From NCBI GenBank assembly GCA_964016885.1, contig OZ024743.1:283092001-283156000 (forward strand): a stretch of DNA of 64,000 nucleotides. The letters run 5' to 3'. Below the pieces are notes generated by a model, which worked only from the letters and a program-made list of their open reading frames with translations, was not told the origin of the DNA and did no database searches. The first letter of the stretch is position 1, and each line of letters begins with the position of its first letter. The stretch is from Eledone cirrhosa. Taxonomy: Eukaryota. A program made the position numbers and the translations under genes. Shown piece after piece: positions 39,147-52,849 of the stretch.

Positions 39147-40610
39147 ACTTACTTAGACTTAGAAGCTCCCGCGTCTTGAGATCATGAGGCAACCAAAGTG
39201 ATCCAATGGTCAGTTGCATCTGTCAAGACATCATTCCAACTTTTGTTGACGGGTTTCAGGTCCCTGTCCATTGTTTGCCACCAATTAATCTTGGGGCGTC
39301 CTCTTTGCCTCTTTCCAAGTGTGTACCAATACAGGACCTGATTAGTATGTTTCTCATTTGGGAGTCGTGTGATATGTCTCAACCAGCCAAGTCGGCGCTT
39401 GCTCATGATGTTAGACACCCGTTGTTGGTGGTGGAGGTGGTGGTGGTGGTGGTGGTGGTGGTGGGGGTGGTGGTGGTGGGGGTGACGGACTTCTTTGTTG
39501 GTTATGAAGACATCTCACTTGATGTCAAGGATCTTGCGTAGGCATTTGATGTCAAAAGCATCAAATTGGTTCTCTTGGCAGATCTTTACACTCTACGTTT
39601 CACACCCGTACAGGAGTGTTGAAAGCACATTGTTGTTGTAAAATCTTATCTTGGTACCAAGCGAAAGATTTTGCTTCTCCAGATCTTGTTGAGTTGTATA
39701 AAGGCAGCCAGAGCTTTGCCTATTCTGCAATTAATTTCGCAATGCTTCCACTTCTGTTGATAGAGCTTCCGAGGTAAGCGAAGTCGTCCACGACCTCCAG
39801 ATACTAACTAACATGTTCTTGAACTTTTTGACACTGATGTGGAGACCCATGCTGGCTGCAGATGAACCTTTCACATCTATCAGATACTGCAATTTGGATC
39901 TATTTTGGCCATGGCCACAATATCGTCTACAAAGTCATGATCTAAGATCTTTTCCTCTAGCCAGTCAATCCCCTTATCTTCTGTTGCCCTTTTGAGAATT
40001 CATTTGATGTCCAAAGCAAAGATAATCGGAGACACTGGGCATCCTTAGTGGATTCCTGTGATGACCTCAAACCATTCACTTTAACCATCCTCAGTTCTTA
40101 CGCAATATTTTGGAACCAGTATATAAATCCTTGATGGCTGAGATAACCTTAAATGGTATGTTTGCATGATCCATAAGGATGGTCTGTGTCGGCTGTTAAA
40201 TGCTGTAGTAAAGTCAATGAATGTGATGGGAAGTGGTACTTGGAAGTCATTGTATTTCTCGATTATGCGTCGTAGAGTAAATATTTGATCGGCACAAGAG
40301 CGTTTTGGTCGGAATCCAGTTTGTTGCTCACGAATAATATGATCAACTGCTTCTCTCATTCGATTTAAGATAACCAAGCAGTACACCTTTCCTGGTATGG
40401 ATAGAAGTGTCACTCCCCGCCAGTTATTACATTCTACAAGATTACTCTTTTGGGGGATGCAGGCAACTTCACCGTTCTGCCTGTCCTTCGGTACCTCACC
40501 TGTATTCCAGATATGTTGCATAACTGAAGCATCCATGTGGTGATGCATTCCTCTCCGCCTTTGAGCATCTCTACGGTGATTCTATCCATACTTGGCGACT
40601 TATTGTTTTT
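39147..40610 (-). mobile_element. RTE-clade LINE, decayed, with short-repeat tail
   Basis: CNNWRGVTLLSIPGKVY, EQQTGFRPKRSCADQIFTLR and RRLGWLRHITR...GKRQRGRPK; tail taagtctaagtaagtc; internal (GGT)n. Confidence 0.88.
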
Positions 40611-40776
40611 TTAGGATTTAAGAGGATTAAACAGTAATAAATCAAAGTTTAACTCTTTCCATTGATGTCTAAACTGATACGAAAACGCCACTGAGAAGCA
40701 GGTAGGAATTCAAAGAAGGTAGGTTTTGGTGGCATATGATTGTTAGAGAGTGCACTAACATACTACACTCTCCACT

Positions 40777-40825
<49 letters not shown>

Positions 40826-41230
40826 CGATACCAGGAAAAACAGGAAGAACTAGGCAGGAAGAAGTGATCAGAAGGAGAAATATATTTTGTTTAATATTTA
40901 ACATATGTTTCTATACAATTACATAACCGTCTACATGCGCTGACTACATTATACAATACTCATTCGTATTCATTACGTTTCTATGATTGCACTTCATCAG
41001 AAAGAAGTTAACAGGGAGGAAGAAGAAAGGTGGTTATACTCCGAGGTGTGGGTACCACATTTCTGCAATAAGCATTACTTACTGCTGACAAAGCTAAAGT
41101 ACAAAACATTTGTATATAGAGAAATTCAGAATCAAAATATAATATACAAATAACAAAAATAGAAAAAAAGTAGTACAAACGTGTATGTAAATATACACAT
41201 ATTTAATACGTAGACATTTAACATTCCAAC

Positions 41231-41308
41231 AAATACGAATATCCCTGTAAATTGAAAAAAATGGTATCATTATGATTATTTTTTCAATTTACAGGGATAT
41301 TCGTATTT
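41231..41308. repeat. Perfect ~30-bp inverted repeat with imperfect outer arms
   Basis: aaatacgaatatccctgtaaattgaaaaaa / ttttttcaatttacagggatattcgtattt. Confidence 0.92.
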
Positions 41309-41621
41309 TCTGGCATGTTTTCACGCCTACATATTAAATATGAGTATATCTATATACACATTGGTGCAGTCTAGGTTCAATGAGTCATTTTTGCCAGCTG
41401 TGTATACTGGGGCAACGTGAAATAAAGTGCCTTGTTCAAGGACACAACGCGTTGTCGAGAATCGAACTGATAACCTTACGATCATGATCCGAATACCCTA
41501 ACCACTAAAACACGCGCCTTCATACACACACTCAAATATTGGAGAATAATTAAAGAGAAATGAATGAAAACAAGGGAATGAATAGCATATCAACATCCTG
41601 AGCCTTTACACACATGCACAC

Positions 41622-41777
<156 letters not shown>

Positions 41778-41926
41778 CTTTTTCTTTTGAGTATATGTTG
41801 GTTGTATACCAGCACCTCAGTATGCAGGCTGGAGCACTCGACGAAGTGCGCGGGTTGGTTTGGTTACTCCGGAGTAATGTTGTAAAATAAATAAGTCAAA
41901 TGTTTAAAATTTAGCTTCGTTTATTA

Positions 41927-41979
41927 CTGCTATATATATTTCGGTGACATCCATCTTTGGCTGTGACCTCTTCAGGCAG
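41927..41979 (-). ncRNA. Minimal type I hammerhead (inverted partner of 42010)
   Basis: Reverse complement of 42010-42062, with one stem II mismatch. Confidence 0.83.
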
Positions 41980-42009
41980 TCCGAATTAGTGTGGTATAGA
42001 CAATTCGGA

Positions 42010-42062
42010 CTGCCTGAAGAGGTCACAGCCAAAGATGGCTGTCACCGAAATATATATAGCAG
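42010..42062 (+). ncRNA. Minimal type I hammerhead, canonical core
   Basis: CTGC-CTGAAGA-GGTcACAGCCA aaga TGGCTGTcACC-GAAA-TATATA-TA-GCAG, with G10.1-C11.1. Confidence 0.9.
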
Positions 42063-42716
42063 TAATAAACGAAGCTAAATTTTAAACATTTGACTTATTT
42101 ATTTTACTTTATTTTATATATATATATGTATATATATGTGTGTGTGGGGGGGGGGGGGGGGACGGTGGAAATGTCTATGTACATGTTATATAGAGACAAA
42201 TAGGAGATATAGATTTAGATAAAGATGGGGGGGGGGGGGGTTGGCGTTAATTGATAGAGAGAGGAAGGTTGGGAGAGTGTGTTGTATATTAGATATAGAG
42301 AGTAGGAGAGATTGATGTTTATTGCTATAGAGAGGGGAATTTGAAGAGAGTGTTGTATGGTTGATGTAGAGAGGGGAGGGTTTGGTGGTAATGAATAGAG
42401 TGAGAGAATTGATAGAGATAAGTATTGATAAATATAGAGAGGAGAGTTTGGTAGTGATGGATAGGGTGAGAGGGAATGAGAGATAGTGTCGTATGGTAGA
42501 TATAGAGAGGGTGTTAGTTTGGTGGTAATTGATATAGGTTGGGAGAGTGTGTTGTATATTAGATATAGAGAGGGGGGAAAGATCGATATTTATTTATATA
42601 GAGAGGGGGATTGGAAGAGAGTTCCGTGTAGTCGATATAGAAAGGGGGAGGATTTGGTGGTTGTAGATATACAGAGAGGGATAATGGGAGAGTGCCATGT
42701 AGTAGATATAGATATA

Positions 42717-43688
42717 TTTCTTTATTAGCCACAAGGGCGCACAAGAAAAGGGGACAATACAAAGACATGCCAGTGATTTTACATACAGTCGTGTAAAAAA
42801 TATAAAAACAAACAATTACAACAATCGAAATCCCCAATAGGGGGAGGCGCCACAAATGGGTTGTTTAATTCCCCGTCGATAGAACAACCCTCAACTCCAG
42901 GAGCGTGTTGTGCAAGTGCTCCTTTCTTCCTTTTGCTCTCTTCCTCAACCTACACGCTTATAAACAGAAAAAGCCCAATCACTCGGGCCATTTTTGCTTC
43001 ATTCACCCACCTTTCAGTAAATTTACTGGGGTGCAGTGCCTCTCACTCCACTCTGATTCTCCTTCTAAAGTGATACTTAAAGAAGGGAATCAATTGTTGT
43101 CCGGAGAGAAAGGCATCTGTCCTCAGTCCTCTCAACCTCGTCCACCATATAACTTCTTTCACCATAGCCACCGTACAGAGGAAAACCGCCTCTCTTTCGT
43201 TTTTGAAAGAGGCTGGCGGTTTGATCCTTACTATGGACTCGGCAGTCAACTGGATTTGTCCCATACGCGACAGCAGTTGTTCTGCGTAGTTCCACAGGTC
43301 GGTTACGCCCGAGCAGTGTACAATTGCGTGCAGGACTGTTTCAATGTCCTACGCGCATCTTGGACACGTCCTCTTGGAAGGATCCCTGCCGGGGCGTCCG
43401 TGCCTGTAGATCTTGTCACGAACCGGTAGAGCTCCTCGGTAGCACTGCCAGGCCAGGGACCTCTGGAAGTTGTCCATAGATCCCGGGCGGAAAGTCCTAC
43501 CAAACAGTCTGGTGAGCTCATCGTCTTCGACGCCCAGAGTCTCTCCGAGCACGTCGTCGCCCTTGTAACGTACAATCCCTCTATAGAATGTCGAAGTGGA
43601 GTCTCCACTGATTTCTGCGCCCGCTTGCCAGAGGACTGTGAGCGCCTGAGCGCATTCAATGTGCCAGGCGCCCATCGTTTTCGGTCGT
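42717..43688 (-). mobile_element. Tx1/L1-clade LINE 3' fragment (zf-RVT, 3' UTR) inserted in a purine-rich degenerate satellite
   Basis: FQRSLAWQCYRGALPVRDKIYRH...TCPRC, then a His/Cys knuckle; ends in aataaagaaa. GA-rich satellite flanks both sides (~42190-42716, ~43689-43780). Confidence 0.85.
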
Positions 43689-44169
43689 AGATATAGATAG
43701 GTGAGAGTTTAGGGGTAATTGATTTACAGAGGGTGACTCGGAGAGATAAGTGTAGATAGTTATAGAGTGATAGATTGTATTAGTCTTACGAGGTGTGTGT
43801 GTGTGGGGGGGGGGGGGGATCAGTAATTGTATAGTATAAGTTCGTAAATATGTGATTTCTTGTAATGATCTCTTGTCATATATAATGTATTTTTTTAATG
43901 AAAAATAAAATCATTAGATTCTTCAGCTGCTGTATCAATATGAATCATTTACATTAAAATTTCGCCGGGGAGAAATTAGCAAAGTTAATAAGCGGGTAGG
44001 GGATGGGGGTGAAATAAAAACCGGTGGAGGGTGGTTAGTGTGACAAATTCATAAGCAGGGGGCGGGGACGGTTATTCAAGACCTGAGAGTACGTGAATCA
44101 TTGACGGACGTAAGAATGAAATCTCAATGCCGAAGTAGAATTTAAATATTCATTTACTATGGCTAAACC

Positions 44170-44253
44170 TTGTTACTCTGGAGTCTCACCTGCGTATTCA
44201 CCAGGCAGTACTGGTGATCCCGTGAGGGCGCAGGTGAAACTTTAGAGTAACAA
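44170..44253. other. Y-shaped (three-way junction) palindrome
   Basis: 25-bp stem 44170-44194 / 44229-44253, with arms TCACCAG/CTGGTGA and CCC-gtga-GGG. Confidence 0.8.
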
Positions 44254-44390
44254 AGCTCACCAATAACCATAATAAATTAATAAATTGGGTATAATACCAG
44301 TTTCTTGCCAAATGCGAAGAAGCTCAATATATTAACCCCTTAGAAAAGGGCACAGAGCATAATTTTTTCTTAATTATATATATATATATA

Positions 44391-44638
44391 CAGTGGCGGT
44401 GGAACTGGGAGTGGTGGTGCTCCCTTCCAATAATTATATTTTTGTCCCCAAACTACCAAAACACACATCTATTTGTATATGCGCTACAATTTATGTATAT
44501 GTTATGTTTATCGCATATCAAAGTTTTCTGACCATTTTAGAGTGCAAAGAGCTAAACTAATCACTACAACTAAATTGTCGAAATATGCCCCCCCCCCCCT
44601 CCCCCACACACCATTCAGAAATGCTCCCACCGCCCCTG
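44391..44638. mobile_element. hAT-like MITE in (TA)n
   Basis: TIRs cagtggcggtgg / ccaccgcccctg. Confidence 0.6.
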
Positions 44639-45479
44639 ATATATATGTTCTATTCGAATTAAAATTCAAACAATGTTTTACGTGTTTTAGAACATGACAA
44701 ACACTTTGTTAAGGAAAGTATGTAAAAGTCAGTCAAGTAACTTGATAACATTATTTGTATAATGGATGCATAAACTGCATTAATTTAAGTACTGGTGTAT
44801 CGTTTTCCTCGTTTGAAATGGTCTTATTCAATTATCTGGTTTGTATTTAAGATGACGGTATTAGTACGTTATTAAATGAAACTTAAATTTTAGAATAAAA
44901 CGAGATAAATCTATCTAAACTATAATAAAGTAAGGACTGCGGGACTGCGTACGGTTTATTTCTTTTAATCCATTTGGTAAAATAAGTTGGATTACTTTGA
45001 ATAAATAAAGAATGAATATTACATAATTTATGTACTAAATTTCGTAACTAAATTTCGTAAACATAAATAATTTAAAATTGACTTCTTTTCAAAGTTTCAC
45101 ATTTCAACACTTCCGGTATATCGTCGCCACCACCACCACTTCAACTACCATATATATAAAAGAGAGAGTATGTGTTGAGAGAGATAGAGAGACTATGATT
45201 TTCTACACGCTGACGCGTATGAGTGTGCACATACATACAGCTATATGTATGAGTATATAACTATTATGAGTATATAACTATAATCGCGCAAACATAAACT
45301 TATACAAATACACGCCCACGGACATAATTCACACAAATACAAATACATTCACACATACTTTCAAACAAACATACATACATTCACACATATACATTTACAC
45401 AAACACACACAAACAGTCATGATAGCAGCGTTCGGTGAATTGGAAATGGGAGGGTAAAACAAGTATAACGTTTTATTTA

Positions 45480-46195
45480 TTTATTAACTCTTTATTTATT
45501 TATTAACTCTTTTTTTTTTAAACTCATTTAATATAATGGTTACAGAACGAAAGCACTAACAAATATAATATATACAAAGGAAAGGGAAAGGAAAAAAAAG
45601 AAAGAGAAAAAATACACAAGCAGGTAATACACACACCTTAGACCACACCTTAGAGAACAAAATGCAGGCGAAAGAGTGGAAAAACGAGCCGCTACCAGAG
45701 CAAAATATAGCAATATAGCGAGGAGCACTGGGAAACCTCTCTAATAATTTTTGAGTCAGGCCAGCACGCTCAAAGCGTTACCTGGGGTGATGGCAATGCT
45801 GAGGTGCTGGAACAACCAAGTGCCCTCACGAGCATCACCAGTTACCTCTGTTTTGCGAGCCGCCAGTGATGATAAGAATCTCGCTGTCAGTAGCTCGACT
45901 CCCCCAAACGTCTCGAACGCCACAGGCTGGATAATGTAGTTAGCTGACAGAACACGGTATTTTAGGATTTTGTTCCGTTCAGCTGCGGATGCTGTAGCTC
46001 TCGCCCTTACCGCTGCATCCAGAATGTGGGAAGAAGCAAAAGAGTCACTAACTGTGACGTCCCAGGTAAGGCACCTGCCGCTTGACCAAGAGCACAGAAT
46101 AAGACCGTCAAGTCTTTCCCCATCAATTCAGGACAACCCAGACGGTTCCAAAATTGAGGGGATGTTTGCCCGGGCCAAAGCTCTTAAGTGGTAAT
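45480..46195 (-). mobile_element. CRE-like RLE non-LTR 3' fragment
   Basis: Minus strand reads DGERLDGL..SWSSGRCLTWDVTVSDSFA...AERNKILKY...QPVAFETFG; A-rich tail near 45470-45520. Confidence 0.75.
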
Positions 46196-46369
46196 AGGAC
46201 AGTGTGTGTATGTGCGCACGCGTGGGTTTGTCGGCGTTCTTAAATTAGAGACACGTGTGTGTGTGTGTCACTTTTTTTAAGTTAGACATATATGTGTGTA
46301 TCCCTTTCCTTCTTTTTACACACACATGCATTCAGACAAACACACATACACATTGCGTGATGGACGGGT

Positions 46370-46680
46370 GGACAGAAGTCCCTCAAATTTATATACATGT
46401 GAATAAAGTTCTACTGAAGCAGTTAGAGAAGTTCAAGTATCTTGGAGCCGTGTTCATGAGTGATGGAATGCAGGAGGCTGAATTAAGTGTAAGAATTGCA
46501 AAAGCTGATGCAGTAATGAGCCAGCCTCAGCATTCAGTAATCAGATGAAGGGGGTAGGTGTAAAAGCCAAACTCGCTATCTTCCTAGTATTCCTGCCAAC
46601 TCTTACCAAGGATCATGAATCTTGAGTAATGACCAACAAAATACAATTGCAAATAAAAGTGGCAGAAATGGGATTCCGCG
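46370..46680 (+). mobile_element. RTE-like LINE fragment
   Basis: LKQLEKFKYLG; homologous to ~55380-55670. Confidence 0.7.
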
Positions 46681-46689
46681 GAGCTTGGG

Positions 46690-47480
46690 TGACACACTAA
46701 AAATAATAAGAGTCGAAGCCGGATTAAAAACACTAGGGATTAGTGCCAGATTAAAATTAATATGGATAAGTGCCTGATTAAAAATAATATGTGTCAGTGA
46801 CTGATTAAAAATAAGTTTGAGAGCCAGATTGAAAATTCAAATGATCGGTGCCGGATTAAAAATAGTAAATTTAAGTGCCGGATTAAAAACACTAATGATC
46901 AGTGCCGGATTAAAAATAATAAGGGTCAGTGTCTGATTAGGATATGTGCCGGATTAAAAATAATAAGAGTGAGTGCCGGATTAAAAACACCAGAGATTAG
47001 TGTCGGATTATAAATAGTAAATTTAAGTGCCAGATTAAAAACACAAATGATCAGTGGCATATTAAAATTAAGGATAAGTGCCGGATTAAAAATGATAAGG
47101 GTCAATTAATAATGGTCAGTGCCAGATTATAATTAATAAGGATATGTGCCGGATAGAAAAAAGTTAATTTAAGTGCTGGATTAAAATTAATAAGGGTCAG
47201 TGACGGATTGAAAATACGACACTGCGGAGCTTGGGTTGTCACACTATGGCACTGGGAAGCTTGAGTGACACAGTATGGAAATATGGAACTAGGATATCGC
47301 AGTATGGCAATGGGGAGAATGGGTGGCAAATACGGCACTTCGGAGCTAGGGCGCCACACTATGGCACTGCGGAGCTTGGGTCGCACACTATAGAACTTGG
47401 AGCTTCAGTGACACAGTATGGAAATATGGAGCTGGATGAGCCCTATGGCAATGGGGAGTTAATGTGGAAAATATGGCACT
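46690..47480. repeat. Compound minisatellite: ~29-bp units (gtgccggattaaaaataataag...) followed by ~20-29-bp units (cactatggcactgcggagcttggg)
   Basis: Direct reading; about 18 units of the first type. Confidence 0.9.
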
Positions 47481-48742
47481 TTGAAGCTAATAAACAATAA
47501 AAGTAAATTGATAGAATGTAATGTGAAATTAGATATAAATTACATACGTGGCTTTGCGGTTAAGGTATTCGAATCACGATCGAATGGTCACAGTATGTGA
47601 CAAGACTGGCCCTTTAGACGACAGGTAAAATTCGTTTTTCTCATCCCAGTGGACTGGAGCAAAATGAAATAAAAGGTCTTGCTCAAGGACACAATGTACC
47701 GGCGTGAAACTAACTCACACCTTACGATCATGAGTTGAACACGTTAACTACTAAGCCATACGACTTTGTCGTCTGCTATATTCAAGCGTCATGCTGTTGT
47801 TTGTTGGGTGATGCAACATTTTGTACTCACAAAAGGAACTGGCAAAATAAGAGCTGTTAGTGAGTAAATTCCTAAAATAAATGTACGTGTACATCGAAGT
47901 CGGAATTAGTTTCCATGTGATTTGTTTCTAGACAGACGAAATGACTCAAGCGAACAAAACTAATTTAATGGCGAAAATGCTTTGTTTATATAGCATTTCT
48001 AAATCTAGGGCGAAACAGCCGATATGCACTGAAACAGATGTTTTCTTGGCAGTTGTTGACATCCAGAGGTGTGTCTCTCAACTGTCAAATGATTGATTGG
48101 CGTAGCTTGCTTAACGAAATACAGGATTAAGCGACAACAGATGACAATGTTTTCTAATTTAGGCACAAAGCAAGTAATTTTGGGTCAGGTCGGTGGGATA
48201 GTCTACATTGATTCTCGGTGGACTTCTGTCGATTTTCACATTAAAATCATTTTATTTCATATACGTCCTGGATTATCAACGTCATATAGCAAAGCGTTGA
48301 ATGAAATGGACCGTCATCGTTTTCGATAATGAGTGTTCCAATTGTTCGATCGACGAAACAACTTACTCATAAAATTAATGTGTAAGTGGCTGAGCATTTC
48401 ACAGACACATGCACACTTGACGTAATTTTCAAGGAGATTCGGTGTGACACAGTCAGTATATGACAAGGCTGGCCGATAGGCTTCCCAACAGCTTCCGTCT
48501 ACCCCAGAGAGAAGTTGCTAACTAAAAAGAAAGAGACCAACCCGTCGTCGTCCCTGCCCCTTCAAAAAAAGACAGAGGAAAAAACCCCAGTGTTATCATA
48601 TGTGACAACTGTTTATGTTCGTAACAGGTAAACAAAAAGAATGTTTTTAATTAGATTATGTCTACTTTATTTGACCAGGTTAACAATATTGTGGATGAAT
48701 TTTCAAGGAATGAATTTTATAACAATGATATTACATAAGCTA

Positions 48743-48889
48743 CCGTATTTCCCGGCACCGAAGAACACCCTAATTTTGACAACCAAAAATTTTGAAAAAA
48801 ATAAACAACCTGCGGCCTCCAAGACGCATGGTAGATTTTTGAGACTTATTTTAGGAAAAAAATAGCGTCTTCGACGCCGGGAAATATGG
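48743..48889. mobile_element. Tc1/mariner-pogo-type MITE with TA target duplication
   Basis: TA-ccgtatttcccggc...gccgggaaatatgg-TA. Confidence 0.75.
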
Positions 48890-50543
48890 TATGTATTTTT
48901 CTTCTACGTTCTGATACTTATATAAAATAATACATCTGTGGCTAAAATCGCAGTACATTTTGAAATTGGGAGATTTTTAAGATAAGAAATTTAATGAAAT
49001 TGGACACATACATTCCTTTCAATATGCCAGGAAGAATATAAATTAAAAATGGTAAAATATCTATTGTTACAAAAAAAAAAAGAAAGAAAAAAAAAACATC
49101 AAATATTATCAAAAATGTTTAATATACACTTTCACAATAAAAAATATTTTTGATTTTGTATCTATTCCTCGGCAGAGCGTGTGAAAGTAAACTACACATT
49201 TATGAAACATTTCAATCCGATATCAACAATTGAATGCTTTTATAGAAGTTTTTACGTTCCCCCAGAAACTTCTTGAAAAGTTGAAATTATTAATTGAATT
49301 TGGATCGAAGAGCATTTTAATTGAACATTATATATTGGAAAAAAGACTACAATGCTAAAGTAACTACAAAAATCAATAAATACCTGAGTTTAAAATATTT
49401 CAAGTAGGACACACATATGTTTTAGTGGATTTATTTATTCTCTTAATCAATTAAGACTTTGTTCCTCTAACTTCATAAACTCTTTCCACGGTAACAACAA
49501 CTGTCCGCAGCTCCTCAGTCAGTATATGTTATACCATTCAGACCTCGTTGAAATCAGACATCATCTTTGTTTTCGGTGTGACGAGCTCGATCTTGTGGAG
49601 CTAACCTTTTGTTGCCTGAAAGGAAAGGATGGAGAAGGTACAAAAGAGGAAGAGAGTAAAGTACCAGAAGTTGATGGAGGACTGCTGCAAAAACGAGTAG
49701 AGAACCCGATGCATGCCAGTAGAGTTTGGCAGCCGTGAGTTTGCATCACGTTCCTTCAACAAAACCTACACAACTCTGGACTTAATGGGAACAAGCAGGA
49801 GGAGAACCATGAAAAGACAGCGTGGAAGCAGCGAGAGGGCATTTAGATGGCTGTGGCTGGAGAGAAGTAACCAGTAAGGTCAGTTGTTTGTATGTCACTT
49901 GGACACAGACTGAAGCATGATCATCCTCAGTTGGGTCATCTGGATGAGGGTGTAAGATGTAAGACCCCAAAGCCCCAGTGACTCCAGGATACAATACTGA
50001 TGATGTGTCCAAGATTTTGCATCCGTGATTAGATCGCCGGAATGAGACAGAGAGCTGGAACGAATACTGTGAAACATTTTATCCAGAAACACATTGAAGG
50101 CCGTTTAAAATGATTGAAAATAATAAATTGGATAATAAGAGAATGTATTGGTAAGTAGCAAAATAAAACCAGACGTAAAATATTTCGTAGAAATTGGTTC
50201 GGCTCGTGTCCAATTAACGAGGAATATAATTGATCTTCGTCGGTTTAGACGATGAATATTCCAGTTGTTCGATAAACGCAACAGCCTGTTTGTGAAAATT
50301 AACGTGCAAGCGGCTGAGCATTCCACAGAGACGTGTAGCCTTATTTCTCAAAGGAGATTCAAAGTGACACAGCATATGACATGGCAGGTTCTTTGAACAG
50401 TCTTCGTCGGTACCCACAGAGGTCTAACGCATTCGTTTCAGTAAAAAACAGAATAGTCTTTCTGATTCAACAGTAGAAGTATTGTCGGCTGTTTTTGTTA
50501 GATATGAAATACAGTGAAATAATAATAAAAGAGTAAAGCTTAC

Positions 50544-50550
50544 CTTCCAT
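50544..50550 (-). CDS. FAM167A: Predicted first coding bases (ATG GAA G) of the FAM167-family gene, within exon 50610-50544
   Basis: Acceptor ttctctacAG ends at 50611; donor AAG|GTAAGC at 50543. The phase-1 join to 38258 gives MEGAEYLNLSGMTDN, in frame. Confidence 0.6.
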
Positions 50551-50745
50551 GACAATCCACTCCTGGAAATATATTGAAGTTCATGGTATTATCTTTTCAC
50601 TTCCGTTTATCTGTAGAGAATTGCTTGTCATTTAACACGAATGTAACAGTAAATGTTATTTCCCAGTTTAGCCAGTTGGCTTTTTTTCAAAATACACATC
50701 ATAGTAATTATTTTGAATATTAAAAACATACATATAAATGCACAT

Positions 50746-52045
50746 GTATGTATGTATGTATGTATGTATGTATGTATGTATGTATGTATGTATGTATGTA
50801 TGTATGTATGTATGTATGTATGTATGTATGTATGTGTGTGTCTATGTGTGTATGTATGTATGTTTTTTCGCGTGCGTATATGAAATGTATATATATGTAC
50901 GTTTCATATACGCACACGAAAAAACATATATATATGTTTTACTGTATGTGTATAAACAAATATATGTATATATATGTATACATATGTGTCTGTGTGTGTG
51001 TGTGCTTATGTATATATATATATGTATATGTGTGTGTTCGTGTGTGTGTGTGTATGTATTTTACAATAAATAATTTACCATTGTTTTGTTTGTTTGCTTT
51101 TTTGCAGTAGAATACTTTTCCAAAATCCACACTTAGTTGTCTATTCACCAATCAACCAATCAATGTTTCAATGTGTAAATCTTGTTGCTGAACAGCTTAA
51201 AATATCCTTATTTTCGAAAGGACCCTTTCATTTCCAATCCCTTTACGTGAAAAGTACTTCCATTTAAAATACAAAGAGAAATATGTTTAAAACATCTATT
51301 CAAACTCTTTCTCCCTTACTTCTCCATACACATTCCACTGAAAAAATGTTGTCAGAGACGGCTAGTCTATTGTATTGTAAAAGTTCAGCATTGTTACAAT
51401 CACAATTCAACTATTTGTTGACAGACATTCGAACGAGATTGTGATATGACACAAAAGTAGAAATTGTAAACTATTCTAAACTGCCATATGTGTATGTATG
51501 TATGTATGTATGTATGTATGTATGTATGTATGTATGTATGTATGTATGTATGTATGTATGTATGTATGTGTGTATGTATTTAGGTATGTTATGTCAGGTC
51601 ACTCTTTAGCGCTACTGGTAACATATAACTCATTACAACCTGTGCATGGTCGTGTCAAAGGGCAGAGGAACTCAGGTGAGTCAATGGCCATCCAATAAAG
51701 CTTTTTGGGGGGTTGGGTAGACTCCTAGTTTTCATTAAGACATCTCTATAGAAGAAGGTCATTCTGATTTAAAACCTGCGACTTCGTTTGCATCCAATGA
51801 TATAGAACAGTTCTTCTTTTTGGGCAAATGCATTCGATGTTCAGAGAGTGGGATTGGCTCCGTGCAAAGCCTTTCCTCATTTAAAAAAGCTTCAAGCACA
51901 GACATCGCTTGATATGTGACATCTTTTGCGATGCGTGACATTGCTGACCATAAGCAAGTCCCTAGCAGGACTAAAAAGCCACGTCCATGATGCTCATTCT
52001 TAAGTATCAAGCGATGGCATTACTCGAAATCGTGTTGCAGCCATC

Positions 52046-52078
<33 letters not shown>

Positions 52079-52816
52079 TGTATGTATGTATGTATGTATG
52101 TATGTATGTATGTATGTATGTATGTATGTGTGTATGTGTGTATGTGTGTATGTATGTATGTATGTATGTATGTATGTATGTATGTATATGTGTATATGTA
52201 TGTATATATATATGTATGTATATATATATATGTATGTATATATTTATATGTCTCATGGTCTCATGGTCGGGTCGTTGGCGACTAAACTGGCAACCCCACC
52301 AAGGTTTCTTGGTGAGGAGGGTGACTTTGGACATCCTGCAGGACTAAAAACAAAACCTGTCAAAGGGCAAAGGACCTCTTAAGAGTCAATGGCCATCCAA
52401 AATCACCGGGAGAGATGACCCCTTAGCCTTTGTCAAGGCACAATTCTAGGAGAAGGAAAACTCTGATATAACACCTGCAACTCTGATGGTATCCAATGAT
52501 GTTGACTTGTTCTTCTCTTTGGTAAATATCATCTTGGTTAAGAGAGGGGGACTGGCTTTGTGCAGTGCCTTTGCTCACTATAAAAGCTTCATGGCACAGG
52601 CATTCCTTTATATCTGGAGATCTCTCTGCACTTGTCGTCACATGGTACCATGGGCCCAGCACTATGTGTCAATAATTGTCACAGGTGTAGTGTTTGTACC
52701 AGAGTTTTCAAGTCGCTGGCTGGACTAAAAAGTCACACTCGTTTAGCGCATCGGTAGGGGTTCTCCTACATGGATATAAAGTAGTGGCCGTACTCGAAAA
52801 CGAGTTGGCAGCCACC

Positions 52817-52849
<33 letters not shown>

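Noticed and set aside
40960-41004. Minus-strand CTGATGA...GAAA-CGTA/TACG
   Set aside because: No UH site and no stem I partner.
46690-47210. Regularly spaced ~29-bp repeats resembling a CRISPR array
   Set aside because: Units are contiguous and degenerate with no unique spacers; no cas genes; eukaryotic context.
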